In this document: piece after piece, positions 24,501-37,899 of the stretch | Position numbering within the stretch: position 1 is the stretch's first letter | How the letters are laid out: each line of letters starts with the position of its first letter | Assembly (NCBI GenBank): GCA_051453625.1 | Contig: JBOZIK010000001.1 | Coordinates: forward strand, 16,474,062 to 16,538,061 | Source: Welwitschia mirabilis | Lineage: Eukaryota | DNA: 64,000 nt | Reading direction: 5' to 3' | Position numbers and translations under genes: made by a program | The notes under the pieces: generated by a model | Seen by the model: only the letters and a program-made list of their open reading frames with translations | What the model was told of the DNA's origin: nothing | Database searches by the model: none

Positions 24501-26299
24501 AAAATGCAATATGTTATGAAAAATCTGATAGATAAGCTAAATATATTGTGTGAATGTTAAAAATTAACCCTCAAAATTGATTAGAAAAAGTAAAAAACTA
24601 TGAAAATACATCCTACTCCTTCCTAAAGGTGGAAATATGTTCCGTATTGCTAGTCATAAAAATAAAATTTTGAAATGCGTGAAAAATGAAAAAGCAATTT
24701 TTAAAGTAAGACCCACATAAGGTAAAAATTTAAAGTTCTTAAATGAAAAATCTAATTTAGTAAAATTGTAGAACATATTGAACTAATAAATTTACCCTAA
24801 ATGACCACTATTTTTTAACCTATAGTTTGCAACAACATGATTGTAAAAGATAAAACCCTAAAGTTTTCTTGTAAAACACATAATTGATCATATCTTTCGA
24901 AATATGTAGTGAAAATTAAATCTATAAGTTCCTAATCAAAAAGCATGAAAAACTGATTAACATAAGTGAAAACTATGCATTGAAAGGATAAAACATAGGA
25001 GAAAGAAATTTAAAAAAACAAGAGAGAGAAAAACATATCTCATTTTTAAGAATTCACAAATTATGATAAATTTGAGAGTGAATCTCATAGCAAAAAGATT
25101 TAGTGCATTAGCAGGGAGTAAGGAAATAATCATATATCAAAGAAACAAGTGAAAATAATAAAGAAATGAAGATAAAATGAGAAAAAAGGAGTTGAACTAT
25201 GATTTCAGATGACAGCCCTAGGATAACTCTTAGAAAAAATCAAACTATCATCCATCTATGTCATCTGGCTGACCAAGTATATGATGGAACTTTAAAAACG
25301 TTTCCAAAAATAAACATGTGAATCAAGAAATTTAGGCTTAGATATTATCATAAAGGTATCAAAATTTATCAAAAAGCTTGGAAAAACATGGAATGAGAAA
25401 AAATCATGAAAATTAGAATGAAGCAAAAAACTCAAAACAAATGAAAATAGAGCTAAAGAAAACATACTAACTACGATGAAACCAAACAAGAAAAACTAAA
25501 TAAATGTGCCCAATCTAAAAAATAAGCAAAACAAATCATATAACTCCAAAAAATATAAGGAACCTTATAAAAGCTATGAAATATAAAAGATTTTTTTTTG
25601 TTCTAATACTAAAATAAGATGATATGTTATGAATGAATAATAAGAAAACTATTAAATGATAAGATCCTATGTAAAGATGAAAAAATGCAAAAATGACTTT
25701 GAAATAAAAAACTAAAAAACCAAAAAACAAGCAAAATAAAAATGGATATAAAGAACATGAAGAAGATTTCTTTTCTATCCTAAATTCTAACCTAACAAAC
25801 CCCCATGAAAGACATCATAAAGCCACCTAAGTAAAAATGCAGGACAAAATGTATAAACTTCATAAAGTTCTACTTGACAAAGCAGTGGTTATGATGATAC
25901 CAAAAATTTAAGTGCTTAGAAAAATTAATGATAAGATCAAAAACTAATAAAAAATAAATTCATCTATTTACATTACAAAATACATCTGAATTCTTAAAAG
26001 TGAAATGATCATATAGGAATACTAAGAGTTTAGGAAATAAGCAATGCCTCTAATGACATCAAGAATACCATTGATCCCATAGTCTTAAAGTTTATGTTAG
26101 CTTTTCTATGATGAGGGGAGTGCAATTACAATTAAAGAAGTAAGAAGCTATAAAGCATAGCTAACTAACCCCTTAGAAAAGTTCCCACAGCTATCAAAAT
26201 TGCTAAATATTTCTTTTGAAAAAATTTACCCTAGTACGGTAGGACATCATGATGATCATGTATGTCTCTTTAAACATAAATACAATAGATTATGATTAT

Positions 26300-26302
<3 letters not shown>

Positions 26303-26344
<42 letters not shown>

Positions 26345-26464
26345 ATAATGTTTTTTTCAAATAANNNNNNNNNNNNNNNNNNNNNNNNNNNNNNNNNNNN
26401 NNNNNNNNNNNNNNNNNNNNNNNNNNNNNNNNNNNNNNNNNNNNNNNNNNNNNNNNNNNNNNNN

Positions 26465-26560
<96 letters not shown>
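26303..26560. repeat. (CT)n/(AT)n compound microsatellite spanning the N-gap 26365-26464
   Basis: (TC)n at 26303-26343, (CT)n at 26465-26540, (AT)n to 26560. Confidence 0.95.
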
Positions 26561-26884
26561 CTTTTTTAACAAATAATTCCTACATGATCACATACTCAAA
26601 AAGATGAAGATGAATAAGTGAGATGAAAAATAGAAAAGAACACTCTTAAATAATCAAAGACCTTACACCATTGGAAAAAAAGAATAAGAACTAAGGCATC
26701 TTCTTTTAAAGTAAAGTTCATAGACATGGGAAATGTCTTAAGATTAGATGAATCCAATCTTATCACTATAAAATTCCCAAGTACAAATACTTGTTATGGA
26801 AACTTTATAAAGAAACATATAAGTCAAGTTTAAAAGATGATCAAGTGATATCATAACATCCATTAAAGAAATAAGCTAAAAAAT

Positions 26885-29780
26885 AATTTAGATGATGATA
26901 GAATAAAAGTCCTCCTCATTAAAGGAAATGTCCAAAACAAGTACTTCTATCATGTTCAAGGTTATATCTAAAAACAATTTTGTATAGTTTCAACCTTTAT
27001 CTATTAGCTTCCTAAATCTCTTTAGTTTCTAAATTGGAAATCTTAATAGAGCCATTAGAATTTACTCTCTATATAAGATAATGATATAACCATTGAGAGG
27101 TTAACTTATTATTTAAAATATGTACTCTAGTATTATATAAAAGGATAAGTTAACTAGGTTTAAACTTTTTGTGAAGTAACTTTCTATTATGTTTGAACTT
27201 AGCTTAGGATTTGTAGATTAATTGATAGTGTATAGCACAAGTACTTTTTTTATCAAGATGATCTAATTGGACTAATCTATGTTTAAGATACTCATGAAGA
27301 TTTACAAGATTAAGTTAATGAAAAGCATAATAAGAGTTATAACATACATCAACGGGTAAAACACAAACTTTTCTGTACACAATTTCATAACATGAAAAAC
27401 TAAGAGAATTATGTTAAGTAGTATGGTAAGTTCAAAGAATATCATTAACCTTAAAAGCCCAAGATTTCTTATTAACAAAGATACATTTTTATAACATTTT
27501 CTTAATTTCTGTATTTGCATTCTAATTTGACCATTGGTTTATGGATGATAAGCATAAGTTACTTTATATTCTATTCTAATGGATAAAAGAAGTTTCCTAA
27601 AAAGTTGATTTATAAAACAAGTGTCTTGATCACTAATAATAATCTTAAAAAAACCAAATATTTAAAAAATATAAGTTCTACAAAAAGTACAAATAGTTCA
27701 AGCATCATTCAAAGAAGTAGAAATAGCTTTAACCCATTTAGTAATGTAATCTACAGCCACTAAAATGTAATTTTTATTATTAGATGATGGGTGAATAGGG
27801 CCTATAAAATTAATTCCTTAATAATAAAAGGGTTCACATTTAAGAATAGGTCTAAGGAGCATCTCTTAAGCATAAATAATACTACCATAATGCTAACAAG
27901 GATCACACCTTCTATCAAAATTAAAGGAATTCTAAAAAAGAGTAGTCCAATGAAAACCAAAATGAAGAATTTTCATAGCCATTTTTTATCCACTAAAATC
28001 ACCTCCACAAATACGACCATTATAAAGATGAAGAATATCAGATTTTTCCCAATAGAAATACATTTTCGCATAATTTAGTCTCTACACCTATAGTAAAGAT
28101 ATGGCTCTATCCATTCATAGTCACCTACTCTATGAAGAAAGGATTTTTGTTTATTATAAGTTTAATGTTGTAGTGTTTTTATGGTAACAAGATAATTAAT
28201 AATATCAGCATACCAAGGAGGAGGATAAGTAGAAGATACAGCAAAAAGTTATTCATCTAGAAAAGAATCATCAATCACAAGATCATCAAGAGAAGATGAA
28301 AGATGAAAAAAATGATTAGCAATACTATTAAGCTTTCCTACTTTATTAATTATGGTGAAATTAAATTCTTGCATGAGGAGGATCTATCTAATAAATCTAT
28401 CACTTAAATCATTCTTAGTTATAAGGTATCATATTATAGCATTATTAGTATAAAAATTCATATGAAATCCTAAAAGATAATTTCTAAGCATATCAAGGCA
28501 AAAGACAATTGCTAACATTTCTTTCTCTACAGTAGTATAATTTATTTGAATTTTAGATAAAGTTTTTCTATGGTAAGATATAACTTTAAAATCATTTTCA
28601 TATTTTTGATAAAATATCCCATCTATAGCAAAATTACTAGTATCACACATTAATTCAAAATCTTTTGCCCAATTGGGTCCCATTACAGTAGGAGCATACG
28701 AAAGTTTACTTCTAAGTTTATCAAAAGCAAGCTAACAATATTTATTCCAATGTAATTTATCCTTTTTTTTTAAGTAATGAGTGAAGGGATTTATAAATTT
28801 TTGCATAATCCTAAATAAACTGATGATAAAAACCATAATAACCAAGATAGGATTAAATTTGTTTTACATTTATTAGAGAAGACATATTTTTAATGGTATC
28901 AACCTTTTCATGATTCATCCTAATCCCTTTTTTTAAAATATGATGATCTAAAACAATTCCACTCTTAACTAAAAATAAACTTTTCTCCTAACTCAAATGT
29001 GGGCCACTAGAAATGCATCTATCAAGGAATTTTTCTAATCTTTCTAAAATTTGTTTAAAGTTTTCATCATAAATAAATAAGTCATTCATAAAAATTTCTA
29101 TTAAATGCTCTAACATATCAGGAAAAATACCCATCATTGCACATTGAAAAATACCAAGAGCATTATAAAGTCCAAAAGGCATGCATCTAAAAGCAAAAGT
29201 ACCAAAAGGTGAACTAAAGTTAGTGTTAGCCTAACCTCACTAGTAATACAAACCTGATTATAACCACTATATTCATTAAGAAAATAATAAAAATACTATC
29301 CTTGAATTCTATTAAGTATCTAATTAAGAAAAAGTAAAGGATAATGATCTTTTACAATTACTTCATTTAATTTTTTAAAATTAATGCACATCATTTGCCT
29401 CCAACCTTTCTTAGATGCTACCATCAAAGGGCTAACTAATCACTATTATCTATGGCATAAATGATTTTAGCATCCATTAATTTAATGATTTTATTTTTTA
29501 CAACTTTCTTAAGGGCTAGATTAAGTCTATGTTGGGGTTGCCTAACAGGTTTTGCATTATCCTCAAGGTAGACTTAATGTTGAATAATTGAGATAGGAAT
29601 GGCTGTCAAATATTTATGGGACCAAGCAAATGCATTTATCTTAGATTGCAAAAGTAAGATTAAGCTCAATTCTTATTCAGGGAAAATATTTTTATTAATT
29701 ATCAAAGATTCGTTCTAAGCATTACACAGAAAAATATATTTCAGTCCACTAGGCAAAGATTTTAGGTTCAGATTTAAATT
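26885..29780 (-). pseudogene. Decayed gypsy pol (RT, RNase H, INT) of C2
   Basis: ORF fragments MPFGLYNALGIFQCAMMGIFPDMLEHLIEIFMNDL (RT) and PNWAKDFELMCDTSNFAI...QINYTTVEKEMLAIVFCLD (RNase H). Confidence 0.92.
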
Positions 29781-29799
29781 TAGATTTTATTTTCTATTA

Positions 29800-30317
29800 A
29801 TGTTGATTATGATTTTATGATAGTTTCATATTTGATCTAGATCATAAGGTTAACCTTTGTTAAGGTTGATACTATTAGTTTTTATTTTACATTTATTACA
29901 TATTACATTGTCATAGTTTCATATTTTGTTTGATCTATCTTATAACTTATGTTAGTTAGGGGTCAGCAAAAATTCTTTCTAAGTGATCTAAGTTATAAGG
30001 ACTAATATTTATGACAAAAAGATTGGTAGTCAAATATATTCATTACTTAAGTTATTTCATTTGTATTTCATCTATAAACATTTCATTATTACTAATCTTG
30101 CATTGTATATTTACACTATTTTTCATTTTCATTTATTTAAGGGAAAAATACAAAAATACTTTGTTAATTACTTCTCTAACTTATAGCCTTATTGCCTTTA
30201 ACATATTATGACATTTAGTTAAATCCCATCTATACTAGAGTGTGTTTTTCTACAAGTATTTATGATTAACTAGATCTACTTTAAGACTTAAATACTACAC
30301 AAATTTAAACTGCAACA
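29800..30317 (+). repeat. 3' half of a plus-strand Athila-like LTR (possibly the 3' LTR of element B)
   Basis: Colinear with 9897-10416 (roughly three-quarters identical by eye). Ends tgcaaca with no PBS after it. Confidence 0.8.
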
Positions 30318-32120
30318 AACATCATTAATGGAATCACTTTCAAGAGTAGTCATGACAAATATAGCTTTCTTAATTAAAGTAAAACACTCTTATTTAAAAT
30401 GATTATCTTCCATTATACTAAATTTCCTCATTAAGGTTAAGGTTCTATTTGTCTCTCTCCATTAACAATGTTAATTTATGCCATTATTATGTAAGCTAGC
30501 CATAAATGAGAGGCAAGAGATCAAAGATCTAGTGGAGTTATAATGAAGAAATAAAGTATTAAAGATAAAAATTAAAGTTTCAAATGGAGTAGTTTCAAAA
30601 TTATTAAGATTAGTAAAGATAGAAAATTAATTCAAAATAAACATAGATAAAATGATATGAATTAGATGCCATCAATATTAGTAAATTAAATGTAATTATC
30701 ATGAAAGAGATAAATCTTATTCAAATATGAGATGGATATGCACATATGTCTAGGGATGATATACTTATAGATAGAACAAAGATCATTATTAAAAATCTTA
30801 ACTTATTATAAAAAATAACATCAAAAGAAAAAGTAATATAGCAATAACCTTCTTAATATGATATCTACGTAAATGGTTTGATAACACCATAATATCCTAA
30901 GAAACTTTACTAAATGAAAATAAAGAGATTAGAGGAATCTATTATATGGACTTTGTATTATTAGTAACTATTAATAGTTAAATCAATAATCATGAATATG
31001 GTGCCTTTGATATCCATAGGTTTTTATGGGAAAAAAGAGAATTTATTATTTAAAAGAAGTACTAGAGATATTTACTAATATAACTCCTTCATTTTAACAA
31101 AACCTAAATAGATGAAGACACAAATGTTTATTGGTATAGGATTTGATAAAAGAAACAAAATTATTATTTTTTTCATTTTTAGTGGTTTACTTAGGAAATT
31201 TATTTTGATTAAAGATGTACTATCCATTAGAAAATTATTCTTTAGGTACTTTTAGAGGTTTTTGTTTGTTGATGTTCAAAGTGTAATGAAGAAAATAATC
31301 TTTTATATAATTGAAAGAGCTAAAAGATTTATATTCATTAGGATTTGAGTGAATAAATGTTTCATGCTCCTTTAGCTTCTAATAATTTAGAGTAAGATGT
31401 TATAGACTATGACAATACTTATAATGCCTTGATAAATTAAGGTAAACAATAGGCTTATGAATAATACTATGATCTACATTTATCATTAAAACATTTGGCA
31501 ATGAAGCCAAAGATGCTAAGTTGATATGAATGAAGGCATTTTTTATAGTTTTAATTTAATAAAATATTCTTTCTCCTCTATAACAAAATTTTAAAGATTT
31601 TTACATAAGTTTAGAATAAAAGGCAAAAGTAAGATGTTAAGGTTAGGGAATTTGACTCATATTGGAACCTTCATGAATGTATGCTAATTAACTTTAAAAT
31701 ACTTTACTCATATGATTTAAGAAAATGAAATGTTAAACCAACATACCAAGAACTACCATGAAAATCTCTTAACTCTTAAGACTTATTAGATCATGTTTAA
31801 AGATCTTTTCAAGAGGATGGAGAAACAACAAGGAATACAATAGCATGCATGAATGAAAATTGATGGAAAACCTCCTCATATTAATCTATAAAATTAACTT
31901 TAAGGATAATAGGAGGAGATAAAAAATTATTTTTAATATTGGCAATTATTTATTTTTTAAAAAAAGAATTTAAAACATTCTTTATAAAAGTGTTTTTAAT
32001 AAATACTTTCTTGAAAAAAACGTTCTTTGGCAAAATGATTTGTTGATAAAACATTTGTTTTTAAGAACATTCTTAATAGAACATTCTTAATAAAATGTTC
32101 TACCCTTGATCACAACACAA

Positions 32121-32566
32121 CAATGTAAAATCATTAGAGCAGAAGAATAACAAATGATAAGAAATAATTTATAATAATAAAGTTAACAAAAGAATAACAC
32201 ACTAAAATTTGATATGGTTTAATAATATGTCTAGTTTAGTAATGTGCCTACATTTATGGAAAACTAAATTCATCTTTTTATTACTAAAAAAAGATACAAA
32301 ATGGAGGAGATTATAATAGTGCTTTGTGATATAATAATAGTAATTTTAGATTCTTTCTTCAATATCTCCCTCATCCATAACTCTCACAACTCAATCCATA
32401 ATGCTCAAGTTACACTGCTATGATATGAATGACCATGCCTCTATAACCTCTACATAGGTTTTTCTTTTAAAAACCCTAATTGTAACTTATAGAAATTTCT
32501 AGAGGGATCCTTATGCTTCCCTTATTTTGTTTTCTTTTTAGTAATTATAACAAGAAGTAGATTACA
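32121..32566 (-). repeat. 3' LTR (aligned core) of copia D
   Basis: Shares tgtaaa(a)tcat..., ctcacaactcaa.ccataat... and ...caag.agtag.ttaca with 36440-36856. Confidence 0.7.
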
Positions 32567-32669
32567 ATTATATATATAAGTTACATAAGAAGGAAGGGGG
32601 TATAATAAGAAAGAGGAAAGAAGAGCCTAATTTTAAGTTGTAACTCAATAGTATCCATCTTACAATAAG

Positions 32670-35576
32670 ATTTTTCTCTGCATCATTATGATTAAATCCC
32701 TAGTTCTTATTTATTCAACTACATATAATAGAGTTACAAGAGGTTTAAATACCATTTGGATTTATTTAGTGATTTTTAATCTAAATGTTCTTGGACCTTT
32801 GATGAAATGCTAGATTATGTGCTAAAAATATGAAACATTGATTATTGCTAAATAGTAATATCTTTACTTGACTATGTCCCAAATATTTCATGAGACTCTT
32901 TAGCCAAATACCTTTTTTTTAAGCCATTGAAGGAGAAACATATTTAGCTTTTATGGTTTAAAGATCCATCATATATTTCAACTTTGAATTTCATAAAACA
33001 AGTCCTCCTTCATTGTGAATACTTAACTTGATGTAGACTTCCTTTTAACCAAATCACTAGCAACATCTAAATCATAATAACATATATTAATCTTTATCCA
33101 TTTATTATGGTAGGTACATATCCTTAAATTTCTCTTTAGATACCTGAGAATTCACTACACTATTTTGCAATGCTTCTAATTAGGATTCTCCATGAACCTA
33201 CTAATAATACCCATATCATGTGTGATATCTTATCTTATTTTAACCATTAGATACATTAAGTTATCAACTTCACTAGAATAGAGTGCTCAAGACATGTACT
33301 ACTTATTTTTATCAATATTTAGAAATAAATAAGAAGGTAATCTAAAATACATATTAACTAAAGCTATATAAGCTTGGCGTCTTAGTTATTAAATCTCTTA
33401 AGAACCTTCTTGATATGTTATCTTGAGATACCTATAAATTGAGATACCTATAAATTTCCATTCTTTCTATCTCAAGTGATGTCCTTATCAAGAATCCACT
33501 TGGATACTTTCAAGTCATTCATGTTAAACTTAATTGATGAAAATTCCCATATCTTATTGATTTTCAACTTATTCTTTCATGTCATCCACATGTAGGACTA
33601 AGCTAATAAAACTATCATATCTGAACTTTTTGTTATATACATAGGGATCTATAGAACTCCTTTAAAAAAATGTTTTATATATGAATAAATCAAACCTTTT
33701 TTTCTATTATCTAGACCTTTTCTTTGATTCATATAGTGATTTATTAAGCTTATAGATAATATTTTCTTTGCTTTTTATTATGAATACTTTTTGTTATCTC
33801 TATTCATATAGATCTCTTCTTTGCATTTGAAGAATGTAGTTCTAACATCCGTGTATTCTAACTCAAGATCCTTTAATGTAGCTATTACCAAACTCACATA
33901 GATTGATGTCAACTTTACTACTATTAAAAATACATTAAATAAATCTACCCTTAGATTTTGGACTAACCTTTTGCAACTAGCCTTATCTTGTATGGATCAA
34001 TGAACCAAGATGTAGCATGTTTCATCTTGAAAATCATCTTTAGTATATAGCATTTATTCCTTGAGGTAGTTTTACTAACTTTAAATTCTAACTCTTTAAG
34101 AGATAACAAATGTCTTCTTTCATGACTACAAGTCATTTTTTCTTAAGAGTAGATTTCAAAGCCTCTTGATAATACATTGGCACATTTACTTTAGTAATTA
34201 GTAATAGAAACACAAACTCATCTTATACCTAATTGTTGCTACACCTTTGTTAGATCTTGAAGATATTCTAAGCTCTACTTGAGATTGAGGTTACTTTATC
34301 TTAATATATTCATCTATAGCTTTTATTTTTTAGCATAATATTAGTTCTGTTTATTATTATTTCTATCAGTAGTCTCCATTTCTATAGAAACTTTCTCTTT
34401 AGAATGTTGTGCTTCAGCCTTCTCTTGCTTTTCGTCTTTTGACATGTTTAATTCATTAAATATGACATCTCTATTAAATAAAATTTTCCTTAAAATAGGA
34501 TTCTGAAGCCTAAATCCTTTGGTTTCTTCTACATATCCAAGAAATATGCACTTCTTATATGTTGGGTTTAGCTTAATTTTTGAACATCTAAAACATGGAC
34601 ATATGCTAAACTATCAAATATTCCAATATGATCATATCTTATTGAGGCATTAATTTACATCTTCTCTAAAGTCTTAACATTAATGATAATGATAGCATCC
34701 TACTTAGTAAGTGCTATATTGTGTTTACTATTTTCATTAAAAATCCTTTCTCCAATTGGGTAAAGCTCAACATGCTTCTTGCATGTTTCAAGAGCATGTG
34801 GTTCATCCTTTTTATAATGCCATTGTATTNNNNNNNNNNNNNNNNNNNNNNNNNNCTTTACTAGGGCCTTGAATTCTTTAAATTTTTTGAAAAGATTCAA
34901 ACTTTACTCTAAGAGAAATGATCCATACCTTTCTTAATATGTCATCAATGAAGGTAATGAAGTATAATGCACTTTCTAATGAAGCCTTAGAAGATGACCA
35001 AAACATTACTATGAATTAAATTCAAAATATCTCTAGTATTAATTGAACTAGTAGTAAACTTTACCTTTTATTATTTATCATAAATATAATTTTCATAGAA
35101 ACAATATTTCATTTGTTCTAGTCTTAGAATAATTTTTCTTTATATTAACATCTTCAAACCTATCTCATTGATGTGTTTAGGATTACTATTCCATAACATT
35201 GATGTGGTTGCATCTACATCCATAGCATTCTTATCACCCATGAATCTATCTCTTAGTAACTTGTAGAGATTACCTTCCTTATTATTATTTACTATCACTA
35301 AAGACTCGTTCATAACACTTAATGTATCATTATCTCAAATAAACTTGTAATTGATTTCATTCAAAGATTCAAGAGAGATAAGACTTCTCCTTATATTTAG
35401 TGCATGCTTCATGTTTATTAGTGTTTTACAACTTGGTCATATGTATTGATTTGAATCATGCAAATACTAATAATCTTACCTTCATTAGAGATATCCATCA
35501 ATTATTTTTCCTTGTTAATTTCTTGGTATGTATAGAATTAAGATCTATCTATGAGGTGTAATATGTCATGAAGCTC
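32670..35576 (-). pseudogene. Decayed copia pol (PR, INT, RT, RNase H)
   Basis: Minus strand reads ARLVAK (about 33965-33985), DVRTTF (about 33835-33850), VLHVDD (about 33580-33600) and RNase H-like FSNNQCFIFLAHNLAFHQRSKNI (about 32780-32855). Confidence 0.85.
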
Positions 35577-36380
35577 TCAAATCAAGAATTCATTCAACTT
35601 GCTAAGTGAATATGTGGATGTGAGTACATATTGATATGATTTGTCATAAATAATATTTATTTCATTATTATTTAAATCATTTGTAGATGCCTCCTCATTA
35701 TGTTGTTCTTCTTTTTCCTTTATTTCTTTACATTCTTTGAGGAAATGTCCTCTTTTATGATAATAGTAATACTTTAAATTCTTCTTGTTGTGCTTTCTAG
35801 ATTTAAATTTTATTTTGGAAGACTTCTTATTTGATCCTCTCTTCATAATCCAACCTCTAGTTAGGAATCCTTTACAAGCTTTTTGAGTACTGTCTCCATT
35901 TGTTCCTTTGACAAAAAGAGCTAAAGCCAATCTTTTCATTTCTATAATATCTTTAACATACAAAAACATCATTGTAAGAGGATTATAAGAGGGTGGAAGT
36001 GACTGAAGAAGGATAAGGGCTTGATCCTCCTTCTTAATCTCTATATCAATTCTTAAAAGATGAAACACAAGTTTATTTAAAGTAGTTAAGTGATCTACTA
36101 GCTCTCTATCTTTGTCCATAGTCTACTAGTAGAGTCTTCTTTCATAGCATTTAACAAAATCTGATTTATAATATCAAATCTAACAGTAATTTTGAATCTT
36201 TTATATATATATCCTTTTAGTTTTCATATAACATTTAGAGGCATTTTTAGCCTTCCCTTAAAATTCCTTATATAATCCTTATTGAATGAGAAAAATCATT
36301 ACCTTGATCTTTCACAACCTAAAGTTATTCTTGCCATTGAATTTCTCCAACTTAGACTTGATATTGGAAACCTTTAAGCC
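35577..36380 (-). pseudogene. Copia gag remnant (UBN2-like region and zinc knuckle)
   Basis: 180-aa ORF at 35577-36119: DHLTTLNKLV...EDQALILLQSLPPSY...LKYYYYHKRGHFLKEC, a CCHC knuckle with Cys>Tyr changes. Confidence 0.88.
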
Positions 36381-36439
36381 CATCCTAGTAGGATGTCATT
36401 TAACTACTATCTTTGAGACCTATAAGAGTTGACACTAGT

Positions 36440-36856
36440 CGTTGTAAATCATGAAAGCATAGGAATATCAGAGTGGAAGAAAGAAAATGATGAGAAATAA
36501 CTTATAACATGGAAAGTAATATAGAAACAACATAGTATAATTTAACATGACTTGATAATATGGCTATATACATACAAGATCCTAAATAAAGGGGATTGAA
36601 AGAGTGCTATATAATATAGTAGTAGTAATTCTAGCTTCTTACTATACTCTATCCCTTACACACCACCCTCACAACTCAAGCCATAATTCTTAAGTCATAT
36701 TGCTATGATAGCAATAATCATTCCTCTAAAATATTTATATAGATTTTTATTTAGCATAAAAAACTGTAATTGTAAGATCATGAAATTGCTAGAAAATCCT
36801 TTAAACTTCCCTTCTCCTCCTTTCTTTTTAATAATTACAACAAGGAGTAGTTTACA
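36440..36856 (-). repeat. 5' LTR (aligned core) of copia D
   Basis: Paired with 32121-32566 and lies upstream of gag. Confidence 0.7.
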
Positions 36857-37899
36857 AGAAGATTGGAGTTATAAAGTAAAGGCTATCAGAGAAGCAGCTA
36901 GAAAAGAGGTGTGAAGAGTATGTAGATGAGGTCTAGGAGTGTGGATTCAGAGGTACTAATTCTAGAGAGGAGGAGGACTACAAGGAATAAGGGGCATTTT
37001 AGTTTTATAAAGATTTCTTTCATCTAGTAATAAGGTAATTTAGATGTAGTTTTGTATCGCGTATTTTGAGGGTTTTTAAGGGGTTGAGTGCCTAAGAATT
37101 AAGAAAGCACAGTTTTCTAATAAAGGTGGTACCCTTGTGCTAGATATAGACTATAATGCATATGCAAAGTTATTATAGGGAAAAAAAGAAGAAGAAGAAA
37201 ATTAGCGTAGCCTCATAGCAAAATTTATCTTCTCTAGCCCTAGGCCAAGGTTAGACCTCACTGGAGAATATATGATCACTAAGTAGATAGGATTTAGTAT
37301 GGTCTAGGCCATTACCATGCCAGAGGATTAGATATTATTTTAGTTTACTTAAAAGGGGGGAAAAAAGAAAAGAGATGAAGTAATAGTAAGGGAACTTGGC
37401 TCTTTGGAATTAGAGAACTTCCCTTGGTTAAATGGACCCCAAGGGCATGGTAGACCCTCATCAATTTCAAAACTTTCTAACTTGGATTAGGATATCTAAG
37501 TTTTTGATGGCATTTTGTGATGAGGAACTATTATAAAAAATAGCTAATTAATTTAGGAACATATCGAACTTGACAAAATCATGATAAAATAAACAATATT
37601 AGTTCTTGTTCTTTTATACATCTTAGTAACCTTAGAAAAGTCAAGGAAATCCAATATATTAGATTCTAAATGTAATAGGGGATATATACCTTGGATATAA
37701 AGTATGAGAACTTACCCATGTCTTGTGGTTCATGTGGAAAGCTAAGACATATTCTAGGTAGAAGGCCATAACTGGAAGAAATGTTCTCACACTATGGAAA
37801 GAGAAATCACTCTAGATAAATATTTTTTTATTAATAAGGTTTAAGGGTATTATAAACTTATGTCTTATGAAACCCCTTTTATAATAGGGGATTAATAAA

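Larger units (their letters stand above)
22727..29790 (-). mobile_element. Athila-like element C2 (tandem copy, 5'-truncated upstream of RT)
   Basis: 22727-28106 is colinear with 14097-19236. It continues through RNase H and RT, then breaks into an opposite-strand LTR fragment. Confidence 0.85.
32121..36856 (-). mobile_element. Ty1/copia LTR retrotransposon D (Tnt1/Tork-like), decayed
   Basis: Similar terminal repeats at about 32121-32566 and 36440-36856 flank gag-PR-INT-RT-RH in copia order on the minus strand. Exact LTR limits are uncertain. Confidence 0.85.

Noticed and set aside
26249..26572. ORFs with SLSLSL / RERERE runs
   Set aside because: Translation of a microsatellite and an N-gap.
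33422..33457. Short tandem duplication ttgagatacctataaa, similar to the 15-bp repeat at 20962-20998
   Set aside because: Ordinary post-insertion slippage or repair scars.
36860..37880. Possible LINE or other TE remnant
   Set aside because: Purine-rich and CpG-depleted, but with no identifiable motif, poly(A) tail or TSD.
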